DNA of 64,000 bases from Podarcis liolepis (Eukaryota). This document shows positions 25,303-38,883 of this stretch, one piece after another (within the stretch, counting starts at the first letter, position 1; each line of letters opens with the position of its first letter). The DNA is taken from NCBI GenBank assembly GCA_965112155.1, contig OZ218104.1, one strand, 5' to 3'. The notes below the pieces were generated by a model. It was not told the DNA's origin, made no database searches, and saw only the letters and a program-made list of their open reading frames with translations. Made by a program: the position numbers and the translations under genes.

Positions 25303-26614
25303 GTAAAGCTGCTGTTTTGATATGTGCTTCTGAAGCAGACTTTTGCTGTTGTAATGGCACTGAGCAAAACCAAAACCCTCAACAGCAGCTGCTGAGTGGC
25401 ATTTTCTTTTGGCTGCCTTTTTAAATAGTTTCATCTCTCACAGCCTCCTGTTCTAACACTTTCAAAAAGGATTTGCACTGCTGCAAGCTTTTGCAGCTTT
25501 CAGTTGCTTTTTTTCAGCGCATGGCTGATTGAAAAAGTTGCATGAATATGTTGCCATATATTTAGAGAGAGAGAGCAATTATGAAAGTTTAACTGTACCC
25601 TGTTCTTTTTATGTTGTCTTCCTCTCTTTTCCTGTTTTTCTTTAAACTCTCTTGCATTCTGTATCATTATCATTTTTTTTGCTGCCCAGCCCCCCAGCTA
25701 CTTCCTCCCTGATACCCATCACTTAGGGGTGTGCAAAGACAATGTCCCCAAATATCAGGCTGATCAAAGAAGATTGACTCAGCTGAGAGAGCTGAGAACT
25801 AATTTTTTCCTTTCCTAGATAGCTGCTTTCATTTGCCATACATAGCAAAAATAAACGTATAGAATATGTTTTGAACAGACCAAAACAAAGAAATTCCCTG
25901 TTTTCTAGCTTACACTTAGTTTTCATATACAACTGCAATATAGCTTTGTATTGTGTTATATTCTTTACACACTGGTGACACAGATGAAATCAATGTGGAG
26001 TAACTCCATTCTTTGTAATTGTAACATTAAAAAAATAATATTCCAGCTTATTGGTTTTTCAAGTGACTGAACACTTTGCACTTTAACCACAATATAATTT
26101 TGAAGTGGAACTTTTGATACTATCTTCCATGGCAATATCTTTGACAGAATTCAATTATATTTGCACTACAATTTAAGTATCAAATAATTAATGCCATTCT
26201 GAAGATCAGTGTAGCATAGGAAGTTATGACCAACGTTTTGTACAACAGTGTTTCTCTTTGTAATTCAACAAGGATATTGTTTCGCAAATATTTCTACAGT
26301 TTAATGCTGAAAGATGTATTTTAGCACATGGGTGGAGTTAACATTAAATGGGTTTCTCCACTGAAAACTATTATCAACTTAGGAATAATTTACCCACTTA
26401 GAAAGCACTTCGTATTTGTCCCTATAGTCTGGTCCCAATGTACAGGATTAGTGGATGAATGTATTGAATGCAGCAGCAGAGCACACTTTAGTTAACTTCA
26501 TGTCAATTTCTCTGACTTCTGTCCTTGCACATCCCCGAGTATCATTTTTGAGCACTTTCCACCTGTCATTTTGTTCATCTCTCTGTCTTTCTTGATCTTC
26601 TACCATGAAAGCAG

Positions 26615-26866
26615 ACACTGGAACGTCCTCTGTTAGTGCAGGATGAAGATAATAATAAAAAGCAAGAGACAGCTACTGAGGGAACTTTGCCCGAACAAAC
26701 AAATGAAGAAATCCAGGCAAAGATTTCTATTCAAATTCCTGAAGAGCAGAAATCGCTCAAAACATGCCGCCTGTACTCTAGAGCTTTTCCTTCTCCGCGC
26801 ATTCCCTTTATGATGTCTTTTTTGGTGGTCCTTGCACTGACTGTGTGGTGGCTGGTTTTTCTGTGA
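26615..26866 (+). CDS. EPB41: Putative EPB41 alternative (terminal) exon with hydrophobic C-terminal tail
   Basis: Pyrimidine tract 26565-26600, aag/cag| acceptor in phase 0, open frame TLERPLLVQDEDNNKKQETATEG...IPFMMSFLVVLALTVWWLVFL*. Confidence 0.5.
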   Translation, partial: TLERPLLVQDEDNNKKQETATEGTLPEQTNEEIQAKISIQIPEEQKSLKTCRLYSRAFPSPRIPFMMSFLVVLALTVWWLVFL

Positions 26867-29359
26867 TTTTGGAAATTGAGGGCTTCTGTGAAATATCATC
26901 AAGACTATAAAGCTCTTCAACTTGGCTGAAGCTGCCATGCCTTTTTCCATATTAACCCTTCTGTCTCTAGTTCAATCTTCCAGGGAGTCTTCTGAAACTC
27001 TTCTTTTTTTTAAAAAAAAGTGCACATGCACACACACATTTGCACCAACACTGTTCAGAATACAGTTTGGCATACTTGGAAGAGACACAGTGGATAATCC
27101 TGCAAGCTGCAATATAACAAATACGAAGGTTTTGGCAGTCCTTTTAAGCTCAAACTATGTCGGGCTTTTAACCATGAATGTAGTCAGTTATGTGTTTTTG
27201 ATTTTGGTCTTTTGAGTTCAGCAGGTTGTTGAAAGGAAAAAAAATATGATGATTTCCCTAAAAGATCTCCTCCATATCCTGCAAAACATTTGAGAATTTT
27301 TTTTAAAAAACCAAGCAGCAATTAATTTCAAGAACTGTTTTATGTTCATTGTTAAGATGATTTTATTAAAAATCCTATTCTAAGAGGGCAAGATAAGCCT
27401 ATAACTGCCGCCTGTAATTAAACAAAGCTCTTCAGAAGAATGCGGAGGTGTGTGTCTGTGTAGTAAACTGCAGAGAATTGGATTAATTCATTTAATATAA
27501 ATTGAAATGAATTTCACACCTCACTACTAAAGACTGCTGACACTTCAATCTTAAAGACGTTTGTTTTGGAATTGTGTCTTGAGTATCAGTATGACTGCAT
27601 GGAGTGAGTTAGGATGCCAGATGCTGCTTGGGTAGAAAATGAAGGGAACTTGCATCATTTTCTGCCTGAAATTGGAAGTGAGGGTGGCATATTCTTTCTC
27701 AATCTGCCTTGTGTATAAAACAATACACCAATATGCACCTATGGTTATTTATCTTGCCTGTATGACTCTTCTGTAGATGAAAAGATTGTAACTTCTGGTT
27801 TCTGTTTGTGGTGCGTTTAAGGTGGTAGAAAACCAATCATTTATTAGAAGTGATGCTTAAAAACTGTAATCTTTGCTGTTTTCCAAGTCCAGTTCTTCCT
27901 ATGTCTTTCTGTTTCTTTATCTCTTTTCTGTATCATACTTACTGAACTGTGTTTCACTTTCACTGTAACAGTTATCTGTATGGAAGTAACATGTTTATAA
28001 GTGTGTGCCATGTTTTGTGCATGTTGATGTTCATAGTGTTGATTTCAGTTAAGTTGATCTAACAGTGTAATAGGCATATGTTCAGATGGTAAAACTCTGT
28101 TTGTTTAAACCTTTGCATGTTGCTTGACTCTTAACAGCACCCAGATGTAAATGTCTGGCTAGCTATTTGATATCTACCTTCTTTATCTCATTTTTAAAGC
28201 ATAAAAACATAAAAGGTTTTGGCTAATCACTTGCGCTGACAGGTGAAGGGGTCTTTTACCCAGAGAATATGCTGAGAATTTCATAAATCATTTGAGAGCT
28301 GAGTTATGATAGTCAGCTAGGCTGAGCTACTAGAAGGAAGGCTTATGGGACAGTTGGTTTCATATATTGGGCAAGCTACTTATTAACAGATCAGATTCAA
28401 TTTGCATTCCACTGATTACACATTGTGAATATTATTTTAGATGAATAGAATATGACTTCGGAAAATCATGTTTGTGTATGTGCATATACACAGACAAATG
28501 TAAGGAAAGAAAACGCTATGTGTGTTTGTGTGTGTGTGTGTGTATGTTTGTGACAATATTGAATTACAAATTCTCCTGTAATGTATTGTGTACTCTTAGC
28601 GATGTTGATAAACATCTGTTTTCTGAAACATTGCTGGGGGGAAAGATGTTTAGCCACTGACAGATGGCTTACCCATAATAATAATGTTCAGGAATTTTGC
28701 TTGAGCCATTCTGCTAGTTAATGTAGGTCATCTTGGAATGCTCTGTAGAAAGATAGAGAGCACTTTGGTCACTTTTCAGCCATGCAATTTACCAATGCAA
28801 ATACTTCAACACTTTCATTCACTGCAATCATCTCCTGCTGAGCCCTGACTATAACACATACTGCATTATTTTTATACTTGAAAAATCTCTTGCTCCTTAT
28901 AGTTTGTTGTAGGGTGTTTTCCTCCCCTCCTATTTATCTTGGAAAATGCAGCTTGTAAGGTAGAGAACATAAATGGAAGGCTCTCTCCCATAGGAGCCAG
29001 TTCTGTAAAACAGCTTCAGAATATCTGCCTTTGTGATCTCTATCAAATTCTGTACAGAAGAATGCAAAATATTGAGGAGGGGTAAGAAGTGTAGATGCAG
29101 GAAAGAAACTGGGATTGATAGTCTTGCCATGAAACCTGGGTGCCACGAGACCTTAGTTGCAGAATTTGTGAGCAGTAAGACTTGGAAGCAGGAGTAAATG
29201 TTGAAAAGAGACCATGAAATAAACTGGTGGGAAATTTTCGTTTCCTGATTTCTCCCCCATCAATGTAACTTGATTTTTTTCTGATAGAGGAATTATCAAT
29301 TGATATCAGCCAGTAGCTGACGAATCTGGATGGATTCCTGAGTGGCCTTGGGATGCAAA

Positions 29360-29442
29360 GATGTGGGGTGTGCATTAGTGTTTGACACAATCATTCATAA
29401 TGATGTGGGGTGTGCATTGGTGTTTGACACAATCATTCATAA
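29360..29442. repeat. Tandem duplication, 42-bp unit x2
   Basis: GATGTGGGGTGTGCATT(A/G)GTGTTTGACACAATCATTCATAA at 29360 and 29402. Confidence 0.95.
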
Positions 29443-32400
29443 ACACATTCTCCCTATTATTATAACCTGTGTGGATGCCTTTAGTTCTGCTGCTCATGCA
29501 GAAATGTTAGAAGCTCTGGACCAGTTTTATCAGATGAATTTCAGTTGTTGAGGCCTGAGCATGTGGATAGGGCTATCAGAGGAGTGCATTCTACCACTGG
29601 TTTGCATGACTCATAACCCTTCTGGCTTACAACATTTTCCAGGGAGGAGAGGTCTTAAAGACTATCAGCCAGTGACTGTTCTTCTCTTATGTAAGGTGCT
29701 CAAATAGGTGGTGGCCATGCAACTAAATTCATTCTTGGATTACACATTCTCCACATCTGTTGCAATCTGGTATCTTTACTGAATTTGACATGGAAAGGAA
29801 ACTGTCTTGGTCACCCTAAAAAATGGAGAAGAATGAGGGATTGCAACTGCTAATTCTTGGCAGGTTTCATAGCTTTCATTGACCATGGTATCTTTTTAGA
29901 TAGACTATCTGTTTATTCTGATCACAGCAGTGAGGATCATTTAGTCCAACCCCCTGCAATGCAGGAATATGCAGCTGTCCCATATGGCCATCAAATCTGC
30001 AACCTTTGTGTTACCAGCGCCATGCTCTAAGCAACTGCGCTACCTAGACCTGAAACACTGGAGTGAGAACATCTGGGGATTTGAAGCGAGAGGCCATTAG
30101 TATGCAGTGGAAGTGCTGAAACCATGTTTGTGCTCTATAATGGATTAGATGAACGTAAATAAACTAAAGCTTAATCCAGACATGATGGAGATAATTATGT
30201 AGGATAGTTTCAACTGTTTTGGGAAAGCTGTTCTGGATTTGGTTGCTCTTCTCCGTAAGTCAGGAATGGAAAACCCTTTTGGCTCCGTGAGCCAGATCTT
30301 TATCAGGATCAGCCTCATAGGCTAAATTTGATTGATGATCCTGGACTTGAGGGACCTGGATTCAGATTTTGTCCTCCTTAACTAGATCTCAGATTGCAGT
30401 CTACGTACTTTGCCTTATAGAATCACTAAGTAGGCCTGCATGACCCAGCTCCTTCATCTGTACAGCCAACCCTTAGTTCACTTTTTTTATGTGACACTAA
30501 AGTAGAACCTTTGAAACTGGTTTATGCGTATATGTTCTTCTTTCCCTTGCAAAACTACAGCTAAATCTTTCACTCACTAAATCTTGGAGAGTGCTAAGGG
30601 ATTATTAAAAGATATATCATTTCAGTGGTTTCCACTGTGTAAGTTAGACCACTAAGCCAGTTTGACTCCCTTTGAATGTTCGTACTATATTGCATTAAAC
30701 AGCATACTATAACTTTATACTACACTGCATTAAAAAAATCAAACACCTAAGGAAGGCAAAAATAAATTCTGCAGAAAGTCAGAGAGAGGGAAAAGCTAAT
30801 TTACATAGTTTGATCTGTATTTACATAATTGACCAGTGAGTAGCAGACATACCTGCTTATGGTGAATACATACAAACAAGACTTTTCCCGTGTAAAAAGG
30901 GTGTTCTCACTTCAAGTGTGCTCAAATTTGGCAAAATGTATTTCAGATTTTGCCTACATTTGTAATTTTACATAAGTGCCATCCGGAGGTTTATCACTTT
31001 ATGGAAGCCATTCTTCTCATAATTTTGTGGGACCTTTTTCTGCCTGAGACTTTGGAGAGCTGTTGACTCTAATCTAAGTAGGCAATACTGCACTAAATAT
31101 AACACAGCAATTTGACTAGTAAAAGGCAATGCCTTTTCTTAGGGTGACACTACGCTAGGTGATACTAGAGACTCGGCAGTAGCTGCCCCTCTTCTCCCCC
31201 AACCAGTAGCATATTGTATAATAAAATGTGTGATTATGATATTATTGGGCTCACTTTCCTTGCTCCTCTTCATTGGGCTGCCACTTGTGGGAACATGAAA
31301 ACCTCATTGATATTTGCATTGCACATTTTATGTTACGATTGGGGAGAAGAGAATACACTGGGGATACTGTTTTCAGTGATATCCATGAGATTCCCATAAC
31401 ATCCAGGTGAATTGTTATTTTGTCATGATTTTAATATGTCACAGCGTTGTCTGTGTTGTGATGAGCATATTTATATATTTCTCATTCTCAGTTTAGTGTT
31501 ATGTAAATTCATTGCTGTTTAGCTTTTGCATGATTTTGTCAGGCAAGAGATTGCCATGCTGATTTCATTAGCCTCCTTTTTGGCTTTAAGAAACTACCAT
31601 TGTAGAAGGCTTTGACACGAATTATGAAACAATATGAAATTTTAGAAGCAAATAACCTGCTAGAGGATATTTATTCATTCTTTTTCCTATGAGTCTACAC
31701 CCCATTTCCAAGTCATTTTCTTGCTTCATATATTGCGGAAAACTGAAAGTGATTCTTAATGTGAGCAGTGTGGGAAGTGACATTATTCATGTGGTGCCTC
31801 TTGGATTTCTGGAGACAGCAGAGAACTCCCATTTAAATGGAGCACTTTTTAACTGAGACCTTAAATAACCTTCTGAAGCAACACTGGTACATAATTACTT
31901 CTTTGAACTTTACTCTTGAGTTCTTGTAATATATTTACAAATGCAAATTACAAAGTTATTATTGTAAATACCTATTCCTCTGCAAAGGAAGAAAGCAATG
32001 CATGAAATGAGCATTTTGTGATGTCATAAAGTGTAGATCCATAGAACATATAGTCTTTCATCCTCTGTGTGTGTGTGTGTGTTACAAAATTTTGTTCTAT
32101 TTTGGAGAGGATCGGTTATTTAAATAACTTTTGCTAATAACTTTTCTTCTAAATGGTTCAGCACCTTGAAAAGTAAAATTGTGATAGCTTTGTTGTTGTT
32201 GTTGTTGTCTTTGAAAAGAGTAACTTTAATCCATGGCAGCAAACTCCTATTTAAAATGCAGTTATGATTTTGCTTATTTTTACTTCAAATTGGAATTAGC
32301 TATTCCTTTGTTTTATTGACTGGTCACTTTTCAGAAACAAATCCATCTCTGGTGGTAGTCAGTTTGTTAACAATTTTAATATCTGCCTAATATATCCAGA

Positions 32401-35400
32401 TATACAAATTGCAGTTAAAAATTAATGGTAGTTTTGCTTGAAAGTGTTACCCTTCTTCTTCTGTAAGAATGGACAATTGAACAGTTATGCTAAATTAGGG
32501 ATTTCTATTTTCTGCTTCATAATACTTCTTGCTCAAGTACTTTTGACAGCCCTGTTGAGATTGGATGTTGGTCTATGGAATTCTAACTGGTGAGTGTGGT
32601 ACATTATAAAGTTAACCCCTACTTAATTGCTAAATGCACACTTTTAAGCACTTTTTGATGTGTCGTCTTCTGCACAGACTTTCAATATAGGGGATAACCT
32701 AATACTATTGCTACACAGCATGAAATTCTTATTGGATCAGCTGGTTAGAATTTCTACATAATTTTTTATAGTAATTTTTTATATATATTCAGGATGCATC
32801 ATCTTATGCCTGTGAGGCTTTTATGACAGTAATGCATACTTGAGCAGCTGCACCATTTTAAAAATTGTTACTGGGGAGATCTAAGATTTTGGTATAATTT
32901 AAATGCATGTAGTTGGGCAAGGCAGAAATTACAAGTGTAAGTAAGTAACAAAGCAGGACCAATCCTTGCTGCTTTTGCACTAAGCAATATTAGTTTATCC
33001 CCTACTTGATTATTATTTTATTTTATTCTGGTGCTACCTTTATGTATACGCTCTACCTGATCCAAAAGCCCACCAATAATGGCCTTCCCCATTTGCTGCA
33101 ATGTCAACAATTGTATCACACACTGTGGTGACACGCACATGGGGATATCAGTCAATGAAGAAGTGCATCAGAGTTCTATTAGGCACAGTGAGCTTCTGGA
33201 TCACCACATGTAATATAGCAACCAGTTGGCATTATTCAACTCCCCACAGGCTTTGGCTTACAAAGAAATTCAGGAAACACTGCATCTTGTGTCTTTTTTT
33301 GCCCCTGTGTAAATTATATATGTATATGTGGCTTTAGCAAAACTGCTGCAGTATCTTATGCCAATGTGTCAGAAACAAATGGTCTGATTCCTTTGGAGGC
33401 TATCCATCTACTTGATGAAAGTCGTGTCTTGGCACCTAAAAAATCAGTCCATTTGGGTTTTGATTTAGTTTTTTTAATACCTTTTTTAAAAGTGGGTATA
33501 GTAGGGAGAAGCTTGGTAAGATCAGATATTTTGGTTCATGCACCAGAACGTGTTGCTGTCACAGATATGGCTAGCTGCTCATGTGTAGCTGATATTTGTG
33601 TGATCACTTAGAACCTTGGGAGTTCTGGATTGAGGCTCTGGGCATAAGAAGGAAACTTCTTTCTCCCTGACTAATCTCTTAACTCTCCGCCAGGCTATTT
33701 TTCTCTTTTATATTGTAATTTTATGTTGTGAACCACCCTGAGATCTGCAGGTATAGGGCGGTATATAAATTTAATAAATAAATAAAATAAATAGTGCTTT
33801 CTTATGTATACAAATGAATACACCCTTGAGCAGCAGCGTGCTAATGCAAGGGGCTTATTAGGCTTAAGATCTTGGGAATCCCAAGTGTAAAAGTGTGTGT
33901 GTGTGTGTGTGTGTGTGTAAAAGCATTCACCTTCTCAAAGAAGCTAATTTTGGCTGGTGGTGCAATCCGGTGGCAAGAAAAAGTTGTTCCCACCAACTGA
34001 TCTTATCAATGCTTCTCCCACCCCCTCAGATTTGCATGTGGCTGACCATTTGCAGCTATTGTGTGTTGAAAACATGTTTGCTTTATAGATGCCTTTTGAG
34101 TATTTATATTTTGATCATTATTCTCAATCAAAATTGCAATTTTTTTGCAGACTATTTCCTAATTTCCCAGACATTTAGCAAGTTATTCCTAATGCAGACA
34201 GTTGTCTCTCCCATTGAGCAAAGTTTGTTCAAATTCACTAAGTCTGATTTCTGGCTCTTAAAAATATCAGGCGCTGGATTCAGGCATAGAGCTCTCAGCG
34301 GTTGGTTTGACCCTGTGGAACGAACCCTGTGAAAAAGCTGCTGTGGAGCTGGAAGGGTAAAATTAGGGTTAGACCCATCTGTACACTTAGCACAGCACCC
34401 CGAGTGCTATGAGAAAAGCCCATCCTTTGAGCAAGGCACATATTTACTAAACTTTGTATCAAGGAAGATGGAAGGGGTTTTTGGAGCCAAATGAATGGAT
34501 CTGTTCCTTCCTTACATAGGATCCTGCTTTAACAATTGCAGTGTAAGCAAAGGGCTGTGCATCAAAATTTACAGCCCTGTGTAGGATCATGTTGAGTATT
34601 CGATTGATTAGATTTTTAACATAAAATGGCCAGCTCCCAAAATACTTGTATTAAACAAGTTCATGGGGGATGGTTTTTCTGCTCATATGACTGACATATA
34701 ACCCTAGGTTATAACCCACCATTGTAAGATACTAATATTAGGTGCTATATATGTTACTTATTTTTAAATGGCATACTATTGTAAGATGTCTTGAGGGGTA
34801 TAAAGCTGTTTATAAATATAGATAAGTAAATCCAGTTCCAGATGTAGAAATTTTGCCATGGGGGGGGGGGAGTCTCCACTGCTACCCGCTTCTCCCTGAT
34901 TGTGAATAACCGCTTTTGAGCTACTATAATTATTTATCATTCAGTGGTGTTTAAGTGAGGGAAGCCTAGGGAAAAGATAGCCTTAGTCATCTAGATTTTA
35001 TTTAAAAGGGAACAGGACATAAAAAGGGAAAAATCTTAAGGTGCAGATGGATATGAAATTTGAAATACAAGCAGTGAGGAAATATGATAATGTTGGCAAC
35101 TATGCCCAATCACCATTTCTTCATATCATTTATGGGTTGTAGGGAGGCAATATATGGAGTTCCTTGGGCCCAGGGGCACACTTTTAAGCCACAAAGTACT
35201 TACACCTTCCCCCCTCCCTGGCCAAACAAATAAAACACGCCAAAAAATTCAGGTAGCACTTGCTAAAACACACAACCAAGAAAAGGCCAATCCTACAGTT
35301 AACAAATTGAAGGCCTTGATGGGAGCTGAGTGGATGTCTGAATGTGGCTTGGTGCCCTTTCTCCTGTTTGTAACACACACTTACATATGCTGCAGAAAAA

Positions 35401-35420
35401 ATCTTATTCAAACCAAGCGC

Positions 35421-35599
35421 ATTTACCTTCCCACCGCAGTGGTACCTATTTATCTACTTGTACTGGCGTGCTTCTGAAGTACTAGGTTGGCAGGAGCTGG
35501 GGCAGAGCAACAGGAGCTCAGCCTGTCATGTGGATTTGAACCGCCAACTTTATGATCAGCAAGCCCAAGAGGCTCAGTGGTTTAGACCACAGCGCCACC
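35421..35599 (-). mobile_element. Sauria SINE, 5' half, reverse orientation
   Basis: Reverse-complement similarity to 62511-62690 (GGTGGCGCTGTGG...GCAAGTAGATAAATAGGTACC). Confidence 0.8.
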
Positions 35600-35774
35600 T
35601 GCATCCCAGTGAAGGAGAAAAAGGTGGTGGAAGGAAAGAAACAAGTTGAGAGAAAGAGAGAAAGGAAAGAAGGGAAGACGTAAAGAACAGGGCAGGAAGG
35701 CAGCCAGAGGATGAATAGATGACAGGAAAGAGGTGAAGGGTGAAGGAAATTGTGATACATTACATTACCATATC

Positions 35775-35977
35775 CAGTTGTACCTTGGAAGTCAAATGGA
35801 ATCCGTTCGACTTCCAAAACGTTTGGAAACCAAAGCGCAGCTTCTGGTTGGCTGCAGGAAGCTTCCGTTTGACTTTTGAAAATCATTCGAAAACCGGAAC
35901 GCTCACTTTTGGGTTTTGATTGTTTGGGAGCCGATTTGTTTGGTAGCCAAGGTGTTCAGGATACAATGTTATGACTG
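35775..35977. mobile_element. Degenerate Tc1/mariner-type MITE
   Basis: CAGTTGTACCTTGG...ATGACTG-TA ends and internal AATCCGTTC, similar to the other MITEs. Confidence 0.6.
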
Positions 35978-38507
35978 TACAGGATGAAGAGAGGGCACTT
36001 TACCATCCATTCTTCTGACTTCTTTCCACCCTCTGCACCTCCCTAAAATAAACAGATCCACTTTAAAATAAATAATTAATTAAAATAATTAATCCACTTC
36101 CCATTAGTAGTGAGGCCCTAGTTTTGCTAGGAGGGAAGATCCATCCACAGCTTTTTGCTCTTGCAGCTAAAGATGGTCATCGTTCAATAGGATTTCCAGG
36201 AAACAAGCTAACAGTTTTGAATGAGAGTAGGAAGCAAGCTCAGCTTCCCTGTGCTGTGGCTGTTCATGCCCGTTATCAAATTACCTAATATGCAATGCCC
36301 TGACCAGGCGTTTCCTATTGCTTGATAGTGAGTAGTTCCCATACAAAAGCACAGTTCCTGCTGCCTACTGAGGGCTTGGCAGGGAGGAAGGTGGAGGGTA
36401 TGATGCTGTTTGCCACCCCCCTAATCTGCTGCCCAGAACAGTTGCTCCCCTCCTCAATATTATTCCCGCATTTGATTTGGTCCTGAGTAAATCTATGGAG
36501 TTCAGTATCCCTTTTTCTCATGTATATATAGGATTGCAATCTTAAGTACACTTCTTTTGCTTGCATATAAATACAGAAAGAAGTGCTAAATGAGATATAG
36601 TTGTCTGGTTAATCTTGAAAAAAGTAAGGTTTTTTTTAAGCTCACCCTTTTTTGTGCATGTACATTGAGTATGCATGTGCATTTGCAGATACCAGGGCAA
36701 AATTCTAAAAAACTTATTTTAAAGGAAATAAGTGTTCCTTAGACTGTTTATCATTATTCAACTGCTTTATCCCATTACTAAATAAAGCAGAGTTTAAGAA
36801 TAATTTATGTTTTGTATTCTGCTATATAAACATCCACTTGCTTATTTGATTGCCTGTACCAACCATCCTTTCCACTAAATGTGGAAAATTTACTTTTGAA
36901 AAATATCATCCTATTTAAAACTGTGGTCTGTGATTTACATATGCGGCTTATAGCTTTCTCTTTCCCCCTTTCCTGTTAAGATTTTCCTACTTACTATGCA
37001 CGTTTTCTGGTATTGTGCATGTTTTAACTCTTGTCTTTTCTTCTGTTACTATTCCTTTCCTTCAAGTTCTAGCTAGAGGGCTCGCAGAGATGTACGAAGA
37101 CCTAGTTGAGAACTTTCTAACAGGCGCACGATGGAAGACAGAATAGCACCAGCCTTGGTTAAATCCTCTGGCTTGGCACAGTCTTCCAAAGTATCTCAGG
37201 TGCTATGGACACACTTGCTTTCTTTTAGGGAGGTTGGATTTCTTTGTTTCACATCATCTTTTTTTGTTACTCATTTTACAGTAAAAGATCCAAAGAACTC
37301 ATTGCTTGAGAACTGCAGCATTTCAGCGATCAGATATGATATTCAGACAAACAGCACCATTGCAAACGGTTAAATAATGTGCTCACATCTGGTGTGATAT
37401 CGTCTTAAGGCTGCAGTGTGGTTTCTGAATGTGGCATATGTATGTTTGGGGCTCTCTTGTCATGACTCTTACAAAACAGTAATATTGTCTGCTTTAAAGT
37501 TATACTTGATGTGTTCTGCAATGCTGGAAGCATCAGCAACTGTGATGGCTCCTAGAGGTGCATATAAAAGTAGACATTCCAACTCATCAGAACTTTGGCC
37601 ACATGGAAAAGGCATTGTATCCTCAAACTTTCTTTGGAAGAAATATAAGCTTTCTAAAGTCATATAGAACTTTCTTCTGCATGGATAATATATTTTTTCA
37701 ACATACAGCAATAAATGTGGTTTCCCCTTCTCTTTATGGAAGTCTTTTTAAAGGAATTGATCATTCTCAGTAAGGTGAAGACAACCCTTTAATACTTAGT
37801 TTTTAAAAGAATCACTGCCTGCTTAGAAATGGAAATAGTGCAGATGCAGAGAGGTCTAGGCATGTCACAAACGTCAGCCATTCTCCTTGTGCCAATGAGG
37901 GCCAATGTGGGACTATAGAAGACTTGTGTGCAGCCATAGGGTGAGGATAGGGGGTGCAGTGTTGGAAAGATAACCCATTTCTCCTGTGCCATTTTTCTTA
38001 GTTAATGCTCACACCGAAGCTGCCATTTGCTGAGGAGGGGAAAAGATAGGTTCAGGATGGCTTTCTGTCTCATTTCCCTGCCACTGTTAATACCAGCTTT
38101 GTGGAGAGAATAATTTAAAACCAGGGAAACAGCACAGGGGAAGATGGTTTCCCTCTGCCCCCTTATTGTTGCTGCCCCAGTCCAGTTTGGGGGTAGTCTG
38201 AAATCCATTAGATCTCATCTGGTTTGGCTTGATACACATGGTGATCCCATCATATCTGTGTGTATTAGACAGCACAGGCAGTGATGTTTGAATCTCCCAT
38301 CTCCAACGTATTATTGCCCTGCTGGCAGAGACAAGGGAAGGAAGAGCAGTTGAGAGGACAGTGACATCTTGTCCCCACCTTGTCAAAAAGCAGAGCAGGG
38401 TGTCTCATCCTGGCCCTGGAAGTTCTGCTGTCAGGATATGCAATGCTGTCAATTCCATTGTGTCAGGCCTACCTGCAACTTGGCCATTTTTCAAAACACT
38501 TGAAGTA

Positions 38508-38748
38508 TAGTGGTACCTCGGTTTATGAACTTAATCGGTTCCGGAAGTCCGTTCTTAAACCGAAACTGTTCTTAAACCGAGGCGCGCTTTCCCTAATGAG
38601 GCCTCCCACCGCCGATGCCCTTCCACCGTTCGGATTCTGTTCTTAGACTGAGGTAAAGTTCTCAAACTGGGACACTACTTCCGGTTTTCGGGGGTTCATA
38701 AACTGAATATTTCGTAAACAGGGCTGTTCTTAAACCGAGGTACCACTG
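38508..38748. mobile_element. Tc1/mariner-type MITE, same family as 22155-22390
   Basis: AGTGGTACCTCGGTTTA / TAAACCGAGGTACCACTG TIRs, TA flanks, shared internal TTCCGGAAGTCCGTTCTTAAACC. Confidence 0.88.
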
Positions 38749-38883
38749 TACTGATCTTCTATTGTGTGGATTGCAATAGGTTGCATATAGGCCCTTTCAA
38801 ATTGACATGTGCTAAAATGGTCTATGTTTCTAGTGTGCCCTGTTCCTAATTTCTGGCCTTTTTGTGTATTCATTTCATTTTAG

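Noticed and set aside
29360-29442. CRISPR-like repeat
   Set aside because: Vertebrate intron; two adjacent copies with no spacer, so a simple tandem duplication
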